Below are positions 1 through 13,454 of a stretch of 64,000 nucleotides of DNA, in pieces. The stretch's first letter is position 1; the number at the start of each line of letters is the position of its first letter. The DNA lies in the NCBI GenBank assembly GCA_951804945.1, contig OX638158.1, positions 44,888,001 to 44,952,000 of the forward strand, written 5' to 3'. The stretch comes from Podarcis cretensis (Eukaryota). The notes below the pieces were generated by a model. It was given only the letters and a program-made list of their open reading frames with translations, made no database searches and was not told the origin of the DNA. The position numbers and the translations under genes are program-made.

Positions 1-188
1 AGCGATGTGTGTCATCAGTGGGGTTCAAAGTATGAGATAATGTCACTTGTTGTGTGACACCTACCAACCTGCACAGTGAGCCTTTGTGTTTGGCAGCAGG
101 CTGTGTGTGTGTGTGTAGAAGGTCTGATTTTAAAGTGGGACCCATGCCAGTGGCCATCAGTGGAATCCTAGCTTTCAGAGGTTGAGTA

Positions 189-429
189 CAGTGGTACCTC
201 GGTTCTCGAACGTATTCCATTCTGAAAGTCCGTTTAACTTCTGAAACATTCAAAAACCAAGGCGCACCGTCCGATTGGCACAGGAACCCAGGAAACAATA
301 GCCAACAGCCACATCGGACATTTGTCTTCCGAAAAACGTTTGAAAACCAGAACACTTACTTCCAGGTTTTCGGCTTTCAGGAGCAGAAATGTTCGAGTAC
401 CAAGGCGTTCGAGAACCAAGGCTCCACTG
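189..429. mobile_element. Tc1/mariner (Tigger/pogo-like) MITE
   Basis: TIRs CAGTGGTACCTCGGTTCTCGAACG / CGTTCGAGAACCAAGGCTCCACTG; TA TSD. Confidence 0.88.
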
Positions 430-597
430 TAGTTCCAAATGAATGCACAGAGAGAATCACTAGTGACATATCCACTTTCAAAGCAGAGAGAGAATGAACA
501 TACTCTTAGACCCCCTGGCCACATCATAAAATGCTTCCCCCAAATTTTAAGATGGAGTACTGTTGTGCTCATGTCCAGTTTATGGACTACTCATGGT

Positions 598-676
598 CAC
601 CTGCTTGGCCACTGTGAGAACAGGATGCTGGACTGACTGGGCCATTGGGCTGATCCAGCAGGCACATTTTATGTTC
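598..676 (+). mobile_element. Short 3' tail fragment of the old CR1-type family
   Basis: TTGGCCACTGTGAGAACAGGATGCTGGACT...GGGCCATTGG..TGATCCAGCAGG...TTATGTTC. Confidence 0.6.
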
Positions 677-1985
677 ACAAGTTTCTTTCTACGCCAACCA
701 CAATGAATGGACAGGAAAAACTGGGTCCAAAAATTCTTCCCAGCTCAACTTAAAAATCCTCCTGAAAGAATGGGGTTTAGAAGTGCTTGAAGTCAGCTGG
801 ATCATTCCTGGTTTTCTTAAACATGGAATGATGTATGTTTGACACAAGTATGAAAATACTAGCTTAGACAGGCTAGTATTTACCTTGCTAGGCAACTCTT
901 GACTTAAAAAATGCATGTTTGAGTAATGTCCGTCATTAAACATTTACAAGTGACACATTGAGGCCACACACAGAGATGAAATTGATAGGCTTGGCTGTCT
1001 TTATATGCACAGATATGGCAAAACCATTACGTAGGCACAGCCAATTGATGTGATAATATTGAATAATGTGAGCTGCATATCAAGATTGGACAATTTAACG
1101 ATGCCTGTATTTCAATGTCATTTTAGTTGTTGGCACTTTTACAAAGGCAAGCGTAACAAGTTTTCTGCTTTTGACCCTTACACAATAGGGACCTTTACTT
1201 TTTATGACAAGCTGTAAAGTATGTCTCTGCCATCATAGTCATATTGTAATTTTCTTACTGCCAAATACCCATGTTTAAGTGAAATATAAATTCAATTCAG
1301 TTTTAAGAATGTAGTTTACGTTATAGTAGCACAATATGAGTGAATAATTTTTATTTACACAGCAGCTCACTCAGTTGCATAAGGATGGTATATGACAATA
1401 TACCGTCTTTTGGCAAGTAAGTTATTCGTGTGACAAAAATTAATTTATGAAGTCCGTTGTCAGCTCTCGCATGATACCTTGGGAAGATGCAGAATAAGCC
1501 AGCAATGTTTTTGCTATTATTTACTCAAATTGCATTTTTCCCCAGTCAGACTAAATAGGGCGTCAGCAAAAGATACATTTATAATGATTCTTCAGCACAG
1601 GGAACAATAGGCTGGCAACTCTGATTTCAGCATTGCATGACAGGGAAGGAAGGGTACACTGCATAGAGGTCAGTGTCCATTGGCAGTCATTAGAAGGATG
1701 AAAGAATGGTGGCATCACGCTAGCATGGAACTGCAATAATTCCTTGCCACCCTCTGCCCCCATACTTGTGTCAATGTAGGTGGCAAAGGACCTTCGGGAA
1801 AGGGTGGGGAAAGCTCAAAATGCATGAGCCAAGTTCAAAAAAAATGAAATAAACTTTTATAGGACACACACATTTTCGTCTCGTATTTGTTGCTAGCTGG
1901 TTTAGGTTTCTAACTGGTCCTGGGCTACATTTAAACCAGACCATATGTTGTTGAGCATTTAATTCATGCAGAATGTGTCTTTTTT

Positions 1986-2127
1986 CATAGAATCATGTTG
2001 AAAGGGACCCTAAGGATCATCCTCTAGTCCAACTCCCTACAATGCAGGAATATACAGCTGTCCAACATGGGAATCAAACTTGCGACCTTGGTGATGTCAC
2101 CACCACGCTCTCATCAACTGAGCTACC
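1986..2127 (-). mobile_element. tRNA-Ile-derived SINE with CR1-type 3' tail
   Basis: Minus strand GGTAGCTCAGTTGATGAGAGCGTGGTG...CCAAGGTCGCAAGTTTGATTCCC resembles tRNA-Ile; tail ATTCCTGCATTGTAGGGAGTTGGACTAGA...GGTCCCTTTCAACATGATTCTATG. Confidence 0.72.
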
Positions 2128-2564
2128 TCAATTTCTATATTTTATTCTATATTGCAAATAGGACTGGGGGAAATCCTTGTCTCTAACACTGAAAAGCAGA
2201 TGCCAGTCAGTATATACTGAGGTGACTCAGCGTTTCATATGTTCCTAACTTATTAGATGAATCATGATACAACCCCCTTATTTATTTTTCTTTTCTTTTT
2301 CAATTCCCTGGAAGACAGTGTGCCCTTCTCTTCAGTACTGGGAATGCATATCTGCTGGTTTTCTTTTGTTTTAAAGGCAAATAGTCCATCCTCCCCCTGC
2401 CCAACTATATACACACACATAAAAAGGAACTTGTGGGACAGGGTCTAAAGTGCATTTGGGATCCACCTTGGCTATGCAGAAGAGCCCTAAGAAAGTTACA
2501 GGATTTTACTGGGCTGGACAACAATAGTTCAGTGGTCACAAGAAAGAAAGACAAATATATTTAC

Positions 2565-2712
2565 ATTGAAGATGTTGTAGTTTTCTGTGCGGTCCAACAA
2601 TTTATCTAGTGGATAAAGGGCTCGGCTGGCAGCATGCCAAGGCAGAAATTCCTTTTCCTTGGATAGGTATCTGATAATCTCTAGTGGAATGTTCTGAGGC
2701 AAATAGCCAGCT
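2565..2712 (-). CDS. TRHDE: TRHDE coding exon (148 nt, ~exon 13): (R)AGYLPQNIPLEIIRYLSKEKEFLPWHAASRALYPLDKLLDRTENYNIFN
   Basis: ttatacag|AGCTGGC...TTCAAT|gtaaat; phase 2-0. Confidence 0.95.
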
Positions 2713-5700
2713 CTGTATAATCAAAGAAGTTATTGTGAATCATTAATTGGAAAAAGGTCGTGGTGACACTAGAAACTGAGGTAAGCTTTTCCTTGTGCAG
2801 ATACAAATAAAAAACTATAATCATTTCATTATATTATACAATGAGGTCAATATTCTTTTTTTAAGTTTTCAAGTACAGAGTGTTCTTTAGAAATGAATCT
2901 ATGCATCATAACATATAATTTAAATGAACTCATGTCTGCAAGGTCAAAAGGATAAAAAAAAAAGCCTGATGATAGGAACTGAACAGTCACAAACATTTGT
3001 TACAGAAAATATTTATAAGGTCATTATGATTAAACAGGAAGAAGCTAACTCCCAAGATGCCATTTTTCATTATAGTCCCATCTTGCTCCAACATTCTCCC
3101 AACAACATTTATTAATTCAACGGAGAAGACATAGGCCACATTCAACCTTTTAATGTTGCCATGATAGTTGATATAATAGTAGCTTGGAATAATTATGAAA
3201 GCAACATGTTTCATATTTATTAGCTATTATTAGTTTGCTAGCAATTCCTATGAAACATGGGGAGATTTAGAAGGCATAATCCCAATCATTCGGTGGAGAA
3301 GCATCATGACTGTTTCAGGGGGGGAAAACAATTAAATGAAAATACTACAGAATACTTTCAATTAATTCACAAAAAAAGAAAAAGAGAACCATAACATCAT
3401 ATGAATAGCAAGATTCCTAACTGATTGACACAAAAATAAATATTTAAATTGCTGAAATCATTATAGGAGCTTTCAGTGAGTTAACTAAAGACCACATATC
3501 TAATTCTTAAGGGACGATTTGTGAGTTGTGCAGCTGCATTCTGACCTTGGTTTCTTCACTTACATTGAGCGACTGAACTCACAGATAGAGCTCAGTACAT
3601 TCATTTTCCCCGTAGGGACAAAGTACCAAATGGTAGTGTAATTGCCAAGGGAAAATTATTACTCCATTCTGAATTATTTCCACCATAAATCCAAAACCCG
3701 TCCAACAGACTCTGTCACAAAAACAACAGTGTTGCAGTAAAGTGCTGAGAGTCCCACATACAAGTGAGCCATAAATTCATGAGCCCACCGTCCACCAGAG
3801 CCATCCTGAGATGTGCTTAAATCAAAATTAGAAAACCCAAGCTGGTCACAAACTGGCTGGCAGTGTTGAGACAATGGGAATGAGGTGATTTAGTTGCTAC
3901 TGTTCTAAAAGGCACTCTGCATCATCTGCTTCATATGGGATGTACAGAACGTAAGTAGCTTATGGCTGTTCAGATATATCCCCACCTCCACTTACAAAGT
4001 GACAACTCCTACTTTTTCTTATGTAAATCTGTAACAAAGATTGTTTCGTGCCTACACTGTTGTGTCTGTGCATTGTCATGGAACACAAGAAAATGACACG
4101 AACACAAAATTCAGTGGAATTTGTTGTTCAGAGATTTTTCCTCTTGAAAATAAAGCAAAGGATAAGGCTATTTTTAGTGCAATGCGTGTTAAATTCATAC
4201 ACTGCATTGGGTACGACATGAAAGGAAAGGTGCTACATTTCACTCTAATGATTCAATGGTTATGCACAGCTCTTTTGTATTACTGTATAGTAGATGATAA
4301 TGGCATGAGTGTTGAGAATGACACAGAATTATGAGTTATTGGCAAATGTTAAGCCCCATATTTTCCTGGTGCTTCTTTTGCTGCTCATCACAGCTACGGG
4401 AGCCATGGACAAACAGTATAGGCCTTGGAAGGCAACGGTGAGAAGATGAGATGTCATGGGCAGTGTCCCTGCTGGTGCCTGTGATGGACAGGCCCTGGGT
4501 CTGCCTCCAGTGGGAACTGGCAAGTCAATCAGCCAATCAGGAGATAGAGGGTGGAATTTAAGTTGGATGCAGACAATCTGAGAGCACAGTCAGGGCTTGC
4601 CTGAACGTTAAACCTGGGATTAGAGATAGGGACTTTCTATCTGGTTGGGCAGAATGGGGGTGGCAGCAGGTCAGCCAAGGATCCACTAGATCCTAAACAG
4701 ATTGTGCAGCCAGATAGAAGCCCAATTCAGGCCCCTCTGCTGTGTCAGTCTGGAGCTGATACAGCTAAATTTAAGAAAAATACTCTCCAGCCACTTTCTG
4801 ATCTGGTTGGTACAAGAGATATGCCTTTGGATGAAGTAGCAGCTCCACTGCTCCATCCAGCCCCGGTGCTCCATGGCCAGGTGTTAGGATGGCTCCCCAC
4901 AACATTAGAAGAAAAGATGACACTGACATAATTCATCAGTGTTTAGTAATGATGGAACCATATTTTACTGACAAGGTTCAGCCTTGGAACATTTATTTTA
5001 AACATGTTTATATCACCCTTCGTGGAAACTGATTCCTGGATGGATCACACAATGAAGAATATCAAAAGACTATAACCACACAATTAAATAAAGTATCAGG
5101 CCAGCATAACTATTAGCAGTATCTAAAATCAATCGATTTATTACTGCCTTTGGCAATTCATAGGAAATAATTGGAGATTTTTTAAAACCCATTGACTGTG
5201 TTGGAACATGTGAAAAGTATTAAAGTCAATGCCTAACTAAGTTGTGAATCACACATTAGATTGCTATGGATCATACTAGTGCATAACAGAATTCAGAAAG
5301 CTATTGAAAGAAAAAGCTGCTCTCCTCAAAGCAATTAGTTCGCAGTAATCCCACTCAACTAAATTGTTCACCATTGAGGGCTGTGGTCTTGATTTTCAAA
5401 CTTTAATGTAGAGGCAATAATGAAGGTTAAATACAAGATAAACAAAATGTTCATTTACACAGAAACCGTATTATTCCTTGTGAATGCATTAAGAGAACAT
5501 TATCAACAACTCTGCATGTGAGAGCTGATATTTGGGAAGGTTTTGGATGTGTTTCACTGGCTTTGGTGGAAACCTTGAATGTTCTTGCAGTCTATTGCTC
5601 TAATTTCTGATGCTTAAATTGGTCTGAAAACCCTGACTTTTCTGGTCATTAGTTTGAACAGGGGTTTAAACAACATCATTAGGGGATAATATGGATCCAA

Positions 5701-7800
5701 TTACCTTGAATATGCTTGAAGACTTTGGATGTTGTAATGAATTAAATTTGGCTCTCTGGGGAAGGATTAGTGTGATAAAGATGACTACAAATTCACACTT
5801 TAATTTTGCTACACAGATGCTCCCATCAGACAATTCAGGGAACTATCATTTCCAAAACACGGAGAGCATTTAAGGGGTTGTATGTTTCTTTCATATAAAT
5901 GAAGGCATAACATTTAGCTACTGTAATCAATGAGCCTATGTGAACCAGAGGAAGAATGTGTTGCACTCTGTATCTTAGAGGTCAGTTTTCGAGTCCGAAA
6001 TTATCAGTGAACTAGACAAGTGCTTATAATTAAGCTGAAGTTACCCACCAGTGAAGTCCAAAATAAAATAATAACAGCCACTTACTACAAAGTATTGCTG
6101 TGAAAATAAAGAAGGATATATCAATAGGCTTATGACTTACAAGCTTTTGCTCCTTACAATAGACATTATTAAAATGTTTAGTTCAAAATTCATTCAGTGA
6201 AATTAATATAAATAAAGATCACTTAGGTGTAACCTTCTGCACCGAAGTACAATAACAGATGCTTTGTATGCATTGTTAGGTAAGAGAATACCTTATGAAG
6301 CAAGTAAGCCAGCTTTCCCATTCCTTTCAATCAATATTGTCACATTGTGAGTAATATAATCTAACAAGCATTCCCAGTTCCTCAAATTCCCACACTTTCC
6401 CACATGTCTTTCCAAGGCCTTTATGATTTCCAAACAGTCGAAATGAAGGTCAATCTAGATGAGGCTTTTGGAGATCTGTGATTGGATCTCCTAAGGGGTA
6501 GGTGTGCCTGTGTGTTTTCAGTTAAAAGCAGTTTCTGGCAGAGATTGGGTAGGAGCTGTGTTCCTGAGAGAAAGTTAACACTTTCCCCTATACTGTTTCC
6601 CCCCATTTAAATCCCCTTCTCCCTACCCAGAAGCTGCTTTTTGTCCATGAGGAAATCATACAAGAATCATGTGTGTAAGTCAAAACTGACAGTACAAAGT
6701 CAGTTTTTGACTTACAAAGCCATAAATAAATCACTTACAACCTTTTTCATGTGCCTCATTGTGACCCATAAGGTGCAAGTCTCTTAAGAATGCCATCCTT
6801 ACATCAATTTCAAAGAAAGGGCACTTAAAGAAAGAGCCCTGTGGCTTATTAATCACGAAACTCTATTAAGGTTTGGAAAAACCTCGAGCCTTTTCAGGAA
6901 ACAGTTTAAGAATTCTTAATTTGGGGCTGGCATTTCCTGTTCTTAGTCAACTTGTTCCTACACTTCACAACTTTTATTACAGTGCAAAATAGAAAAGTAA
7001 GCAAATTAACATTAACTGATGTTAATGTTATAATAAAATATATTCATTGCTTTGACAAGTGAAACAGAACACAGCAACACTAAACCCCCCTTCAGACACT
7101 ACAACTAGGAGTGAAATAAATACTTCTACATGCATTAGAGCCCCAATAACACATGGGCAGCCCTGTTATATCATAGCACACACTACTGCAGTCATTGTCC
7201 ATAAGTTAGAAGCAACCAGAATAATGATGGTAGGCAGAGCTAGTGTATCCCTCCCCTATTCTCCTCCTCATGTGTTCACCCTAACTTTAGTGTCAGAAGA
7301 GGGCTAAAATTATAACTTATGAAGACAGAAGACACATGCTTTAATAACAGTGTTTTGGGGTTGTACTTAGCCAGATAAGGGTGAAAAATATGTGCTTTAG
7401 TGCTCATCCTTTAGTGCTGCATTTCTAGTTCTGTGCTTTAAAGTTCTGTGTCCAAGTGTTATCTTTTCTCCCTGGCACTTTCCATGCAAAAACATGCTCT
7501 TTACCACTGGAAACCATTCCACAGGAAACCCAAATTGTCATTTGTTCCAATTCACCATTAAAGAGTGGGTTGACACGGAACAGGAAATTGTGGGGCAAAA
7601 GGTAAGTGTGGGTGAGCCCTTAATCCAGAAAAGATGGGGGTGATGGTTCCAAAACAGAGTGTTCTAGGCTATGTGAACATAACTGTAACCAGTGAGAGAT
7701 CTCTAGCACCACAGGAACCTTTAGGGAACCTGAAGATGCTACTGAAAACAGTATTGCTACTGGGAAAATGATAAAAATACATACAATTCACTTCCTTTTT

Positions 7801-7802
<2 letters not shown>

Positions 7803-7835
<33 letters not shown>
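7803..7835. repeat. (AC)n microsatellite
   Basis: Direct read. Confidence 0.95.
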
Positions 7836-7837
<2 letters not shown>

Positions 7838-9368
7838 GGAATACACGGCATGTGTGTGATCATCAAATACTTTATCGTAGAAAGTACTGACCACCATTCA
7901 CATTTAATTAGCATTTATTGAAAGGTCTACATTACCTTAGCTATATAACACACATAACTCCCATTCAAAAGTCCCTCACCTATCGTCAACAGACAATAAA
8001 GAACTCTGTATTGTGGCATGCAATAGCACTGAGAATATAGTACCTGTAGTCCACAGAGTCATATATGGCACTCTCATTCCTCCCAAAGTATACAAAACTC
8101 ACTCTGCTGAATTTTTACAAGTGCTACAGTAAGAATTCCCCTTTCCTCCTCCCTGTGGCTGCCTGACAAAGTCTCCAACTTAGGAATGCTTGACTACTTC
8201 ATTTGTACTGGAGCTTTTGAAACACCACAACCAGTGCTGGAATTGCATCCATGATTGAGGTGGTCCTCGGGACTTCTGAGACTTCCTTGGAGACAGCTCA
8301 GAAGCTGAGAACAGTGGGGAATGCACAACCTAGTACCTGACAGGAGTGGGGAGGCAGCAGCATATCTGAGTAATATTGCTATAGTTGTATTGGCTACCAA
8401 TTTGGTCATGAGACAATTCATCCTGTTTTATAAAAAAATTTAGGACCTAGCTCAGAATTTCTCCATACTGAGAAATCAGGCCTGTGTCAAGAAAAATAAT
8501 GATCTCTGCAGTAGCAAGCAAAATATGGCACTACTCTCTTTTTTTGCCAAATTTTTGAGAACCATTAATTTATGCAACCCATTTTGGATGTAGACAATAA
8601 ATATACATATTATCATTCATATACACACACCCCACCCCACAATTTTAGTAATATAACAGTATTAGAATATATACAAAACTGAATCAAGCTTATGAACGTG
8701 TGATAAAACGTAAAAATATATAAATAGTAAATAAGATTATGAATATGAAATGTTTATTTAAATAATTACTTTCCATACTTAATATTATATATATTACATC
8801 AGCATATAATTGAACTCTGTTCCAGCTATTTATGACTGTTTTTACATATTCTATGAATGACTTCCATCTATTTACTACCCTTTTATACATGCCTTGCTTT
8901 CTTCTCATTATTCTTGAGGATTGTTTCTGCATTGGATAACCAAGTATCATAAAGCAGAGCAAGAAATATGTATGTCAGAGCAGGGAGGGGAAATCTGAAG
9001 CTTGAAGATTTTTATCATCAGAAATTATATACTGCACAAATATCATTTGGGGACAAAAAGTCGATCATTAGTGAAATGGGAACACGTTATTAATCTCCAA
9101 TGTATTAAACTGACTTTAAAGGGAAATTAATCAAGCATCTATACACAGAAATACCCTGAGGCTTTTATCGATCAGGAATGAGGAAAGTGCAGCTGATGGT
9201 GTTTGTGCTTCGTCTCATGGAAAGACAGAAAATTGAAGAAAGCTGGGTGGGATTTGAAACACGTTTTAAAAGATAGGTTCAACCTTAAAGCACGCCTAGG
9301 CTAACCAGGCAAATATAGGAGTATTACAGGGAGGTGTATTAGAATAGATTATCTACAGAAAAACATAC

Positions 9369-9424
9369 CTGGCTAAATTGAATGCATCATCGATCAAACC
9401 TGCACGATTACTGACAGAGATTAC
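9369..9424 (-). CDS. TRHDE: TRHDE coding exon (56 nt, ~exon 12): VISVSNRAGLIDDAFNLA(R)
   Basis: tcatag|GTAATC...GCCAG|gtatgt; follows a 105-nt intron; NRAxLIDDAF motif; phase 0-2. Confidence 0.95.
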
Positions 9425-9529
9425 CTATGAGGGTAAAGGAGAAAAATTGAACACGTCAGGATAACACAAAAACAGCAGGGATTTCAGAAATCACAAAAAT
9501 ATTCAGGCAATATGATGAAATGGGCTTAC

Positions 9530-9663
9530 CTTATGGTTCCTCATCAGTTGGTCAATTAATAATCTCCAATTTCTAATGTCATAGTTAACCCTAAAATAGC
9601 CAGTTTGATTGATGTTCCCCAGCAGCCAGTTTCCATCATGAAGGGAAGCAATCCTGTGATGCT
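9530..9663 (-). CDS. TRHDE: TRHDE coding exon (134 nt, ~exon 11): (E)HHRIASLHDGNWLLGNINQTGYFRVNYDIRNWRLLIDQLMRNHK
   Basis: tttgcag|AGCATCAC...CATAAG|gtaagc; N..GYFRVNYD motif at the start of the ERAP1-like C-terminal domain; phase 1-0. Confidence 0.96.
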
Positions 9664-10539
9664 CTGCAAAGAAAACACAGGGAGGGAGGGAGGAACTTAA
9701 AATTACTGGTTCAACATTTTATATTGTACCTAGAATATAATTTACCAGCTTTTTTCAGCACAGTAAAATGTTTTAATTTGAACAGGCTACTTTAATTTCT
9801 CTCATAAAACACTGTAAATGAAAAATTCCACTCTTTCAAGAGGACAGTTATTGATATTAATATCCAGATAGATATGGTTTGGGCTGACTATAAAAATGCT
9901 TTTCTAAATTTGCAATGGAAATATAGAATGCATTTAGTATATTTTTTCCCCTAGAAAAATCTGGTTATCATGGATGCTACTATCAAAAACTGAAGCCCAA
10001 ATGCTAGTTCTCTCTAGACAACAAGATTTTAATAAACTCCAAACCAGGTAGCTGGCTTTAATTCGGCTTAGGACAAAATTCCTACATTCATCTCTGATGT
10101 GATAAATATGTTACAAGATAAAGCTCTACCTCATCAGTTTCATGTGGTGAATATTATTTTATAAATGCACCCTCAAATGGTGACAGCTAGTATTTATCAC
10201 ATCAGGAAGCTTGTTAGTTCTCAGTGTCTACCACTGAGGCGGCAAAGACCAACTGTTGCCACGACAGAGCTCATTCATGAAGAATGTTCACCACATGAAA
10301 CTGATGGAGGAAAATTATATCATGATGACTTAATTGCATCCGAAGTGAATAAAGGAATTGAACCATAGTCACTAAATCGGCTGGACAATGCTTGCTTAAT
10401 TCTAAATATCCGATTTGGTCAGGCTGGAATGCAAGGGAGAGGGAACCTTTATGACATATGGATTGCAAACAAAATGCAGTTTCGCTTGGAGTTGATTTGT
10501 TGCACCTCACCCACACTATATGCAGCCCAAGTATAAAGT

Positions 10540-10675
10540 CAGGCATAGACAAACTCAGCCCTCCAGATGTTTTGGGACTACAACTCCCATCATACGTAGC
10601 TAAAAGGACCGGTGGTCAGGGATGATGGGAATTGTAGTCTTAAAACATCTGGAGGGCCGAGTTTGCCTATGCCTG
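10540..10675. mobile_element. 136-bp palindromic hAT MITE
   Basis: TIR CAGGCATAGRCAAAC; 8-bp TSD TATAAAGT. Confidence 0.9.
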
Positions 10676-10689
10676 TATAAAGTGATAGG

Positions 10690-11420
10690 AGAACTATCAG
10701 GCCAAAGGCCCATTTAGTGCAAAATCCTGTACTCACAGTGACCAACCAAATGTTTATGGGAAGCCTGTGAGCAGGACCTCAACACAACAGCATTCCTCAT
10801 TCCCGTAGTTTCCAGAAACTGGTATTCAGAAGCATACTGCATCTAACCATGGAGACAGAACATAGCTATCATGGCTGGAAGCCACTGAAAGCCTATCCTC
10901 CATGAATTTGTCTAATCCTCCCTTAAAGCCATCCAGGTTGGTGACAATCACTACACCTTAAACTCTGTGCTTATATGAATGAAATCTTTCTTTTGTCTGT
11001 CCTGAATCTTCCAACATTCAGTTTCACTGGATGGCCATGGGCTCCGATACTACGAGAGGAAGAAAAACAAATCTATATTCGCTTTTCCCACAGCATGCAG
11101 GTTCTCATACACCTCTATGATGTCCCCCTTTTTTTCTAAACTAAAAGTCCCATCTTTACCTCATGGGGAAGTTATTCCAGCCCTTTGATCATTCTGGTTG
11201 TGCATTTCTCAACCTTTCCCAGTTCTACAATATGCTTTTTCAGCTCAAGCAATCAGAACCGTACACAGTATTCCAAGTCTGGCCATACCATAGATTTATG
11301 TAATGGGGTTATGATATTGAAAGTTTTCTTTTCAGTGCCCACTCCTAATAATTTATAAAATGAAATTTCATTTTTTTCACAGCTGTTGCACACTGCTTCA
11401 TCCAAATATTCATTGAGCTA
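10690..11420 (-). mobile_element. Old CR1-type LINE 3' fragment
   Basis: Degenerate CR1 ORF2 end (...AGAACCGTACACAGTATTCCAAGT = LEYCVxF on minus) and the characteristic 3'UTR. Confidence 0.7.
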
Positions 11421-13454
11421 TTCCCAAAGTCTCTTTGGGGCATGCCCTTTGCCTTAATGGTTAACAAAAAGAGAGTGAAAAACAATCATACTACACATGG
11501 ACTATTAAAGATGGTCAACACCATGATTTTATCCCTGCTTTATTTAAATTTCTGCTGCAGCTTCATAATTTCCCTTTCAGTGTTCTTTCACCCATGTTTT
11601 ACTCGAACTTATGCTGTAGCTTAAAACCAACACTTTGCCCCTTTTAGTGGGGAACTTCACTGACAGAGAATTTCCCTTAACCCCCCCCCATCATTTACTG
11701 CACATGAATTTCCTCCTTTTTCATTTCTTTGTGCCCCCCCTCCTGTTTCATGCACCCTTTAGAACCTTTAGAAAAGGCCATTGAAAACAGTTTGATGCTG
11801 GACTAGCAGTAAAAATATAGTATATAGAGATATATAAAAGTGCAGATTCATTTATTAATTTGCTTTGTCAGTGCCCCCAGCTTTCTATGCATGTGTTTTC
11901 TATTGTTAAGTGTTTTCAAAATGCAGTAAACATTTTACACACATTAACTGATTCACTTTTGGAACTTTTAAGAAACCTACAAAGGGTTTTTAAAAATCTA
12001 AAAAGTCACCGTAATGTTAACAGAATCCAGTCAGAGCCTGGAGCAGTTCCAGGCCAGGTTTGATGGAAAAGACCAGGAGCCAATGTTACAGTCCAGACAA
12101 GGAGCACGTGAACAAACTTTTATTTTCATCCAGACCTATTCTTGCAGTTTAACAGAGTCCTAAAACAGCACTTGACCTAGAACCCCTTCTCAGAAACCCC
12201 AGAAGCCCAGATTTCCTCTTCTTTCACCAGAGTTCTACTTAGTTTTAACTTAAATGGATAGTAACATATCAACTAAGGCAGGCTGTAAATTGACATAATT
12301 AAGGCAGGATAAGATTATTCACACCTAGGTCTTGAGGCTGTTGAAGTGTGCTCCAGGTTGTTCTAAATAAAATGGTTTGGTCACCACCCTTTATGTAAAG
12401 AATACATCTTCATCGTTCTGCACTCAGGCATAAGAACATAGAATTGTAGAGTTGGGACTTCCGGAGGCGGCGCGAACGGCAATGGCGGTCCTTTTCCTTT
12501 AGTGAAAGGGAACTCTGCGGAGATCGGGTCTTCCGCTACGGCGAAGCGGAGACCCGCATCTGAAACCCACAGGCAGCAAGAGCCTGTGGTCCTGGGACTC
12601 GGCGGGCGCCAGGAGCGACCCTCAAAACATTGAAAAGACCCCGTAAGGAGCCTCGGATCGTGGAGGGGGTTGCGGCGCTGTGAGTCGATCGCTACTCTGC
12701 AGAGTGAAGCCGCGCAGCTGCTGCCGGTGAGCGCTGACCTTTTTTCCTTGAAACGTTTGGAACTGAAAAGCAACAACCCGTGAGTAAGGAAGGACTTTTT
12801 AAAATTGGAGTCTAAATTAATGGAAATTTGGCTGAAAGCGGAGAGATGTTAAAAGGAAGTCCGTCTTCCGCTGCTATTTAAATTTCAAAGCAAAAAGAGC
12901 TGGAGGAGTGGAGCCACTGTAGAGGTTTTTTAAACCATCTGATTTGAGCACCCATTGAAGCTGCTTTGAGACAAAGTAAAGATTTAACTTAATTACTGGA
13001 TTTAACCTTTACTTGGACTGTGATAATCTTCTGCTATGGGAACTATAGATTTTGACTGAGAAGCCCAGGTACTTGAGCTGCCTGAACAGTAAAACTGTCA
13101 GTTTGCAGACTTGGCTATTGTGTATTTGGACTTGCAACACTTAGAGCATTTTAAGACTTGCTACTTTGAAACACCAGTTGACACTTGTCAGAAACAATGT
13201 TTTGCTGTCAATTCTAACTCTGCTAAGCACTAGCTACTGAAGGTCTATGGACATTAAATTTGACTTTATTGATTTTATTTTATTTGACTTCTTCTCTCAA
13301 GACATTGCAAGCTCCCTCTAGAGGATTCTGGACTTACAGCAGTGACATTATTCTACTTTCTCTTTCCTTTCCTCCTATACGATTGTTTACTCTTGGGCTG
13401 TAGCATTCTCATGGGAACAACTCAGCTTGACCTTGACTGTTAGATAAAGTTGGA

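Noticed and set aside
1340-1500. Possible next TRHDE exon (minus-strand GTGAG donor-like site near 1370)
   Set aside because: The translation does not resemble the expected EYILKQVA...LGW peptide; that exon probably lies before position 1.
1986-2127. Functional tRNA genes (also 15930-15991)
   Set aside because: Degenerate stems and anticodon loops, with attached CR1-type tails; these are SINE heads.
7007-7030. 10-bp-arm hairpin TAACATTAAC-TGAT-GTTAATGTTA
   Set aside because: Short and AT-rich, with no supporting context.
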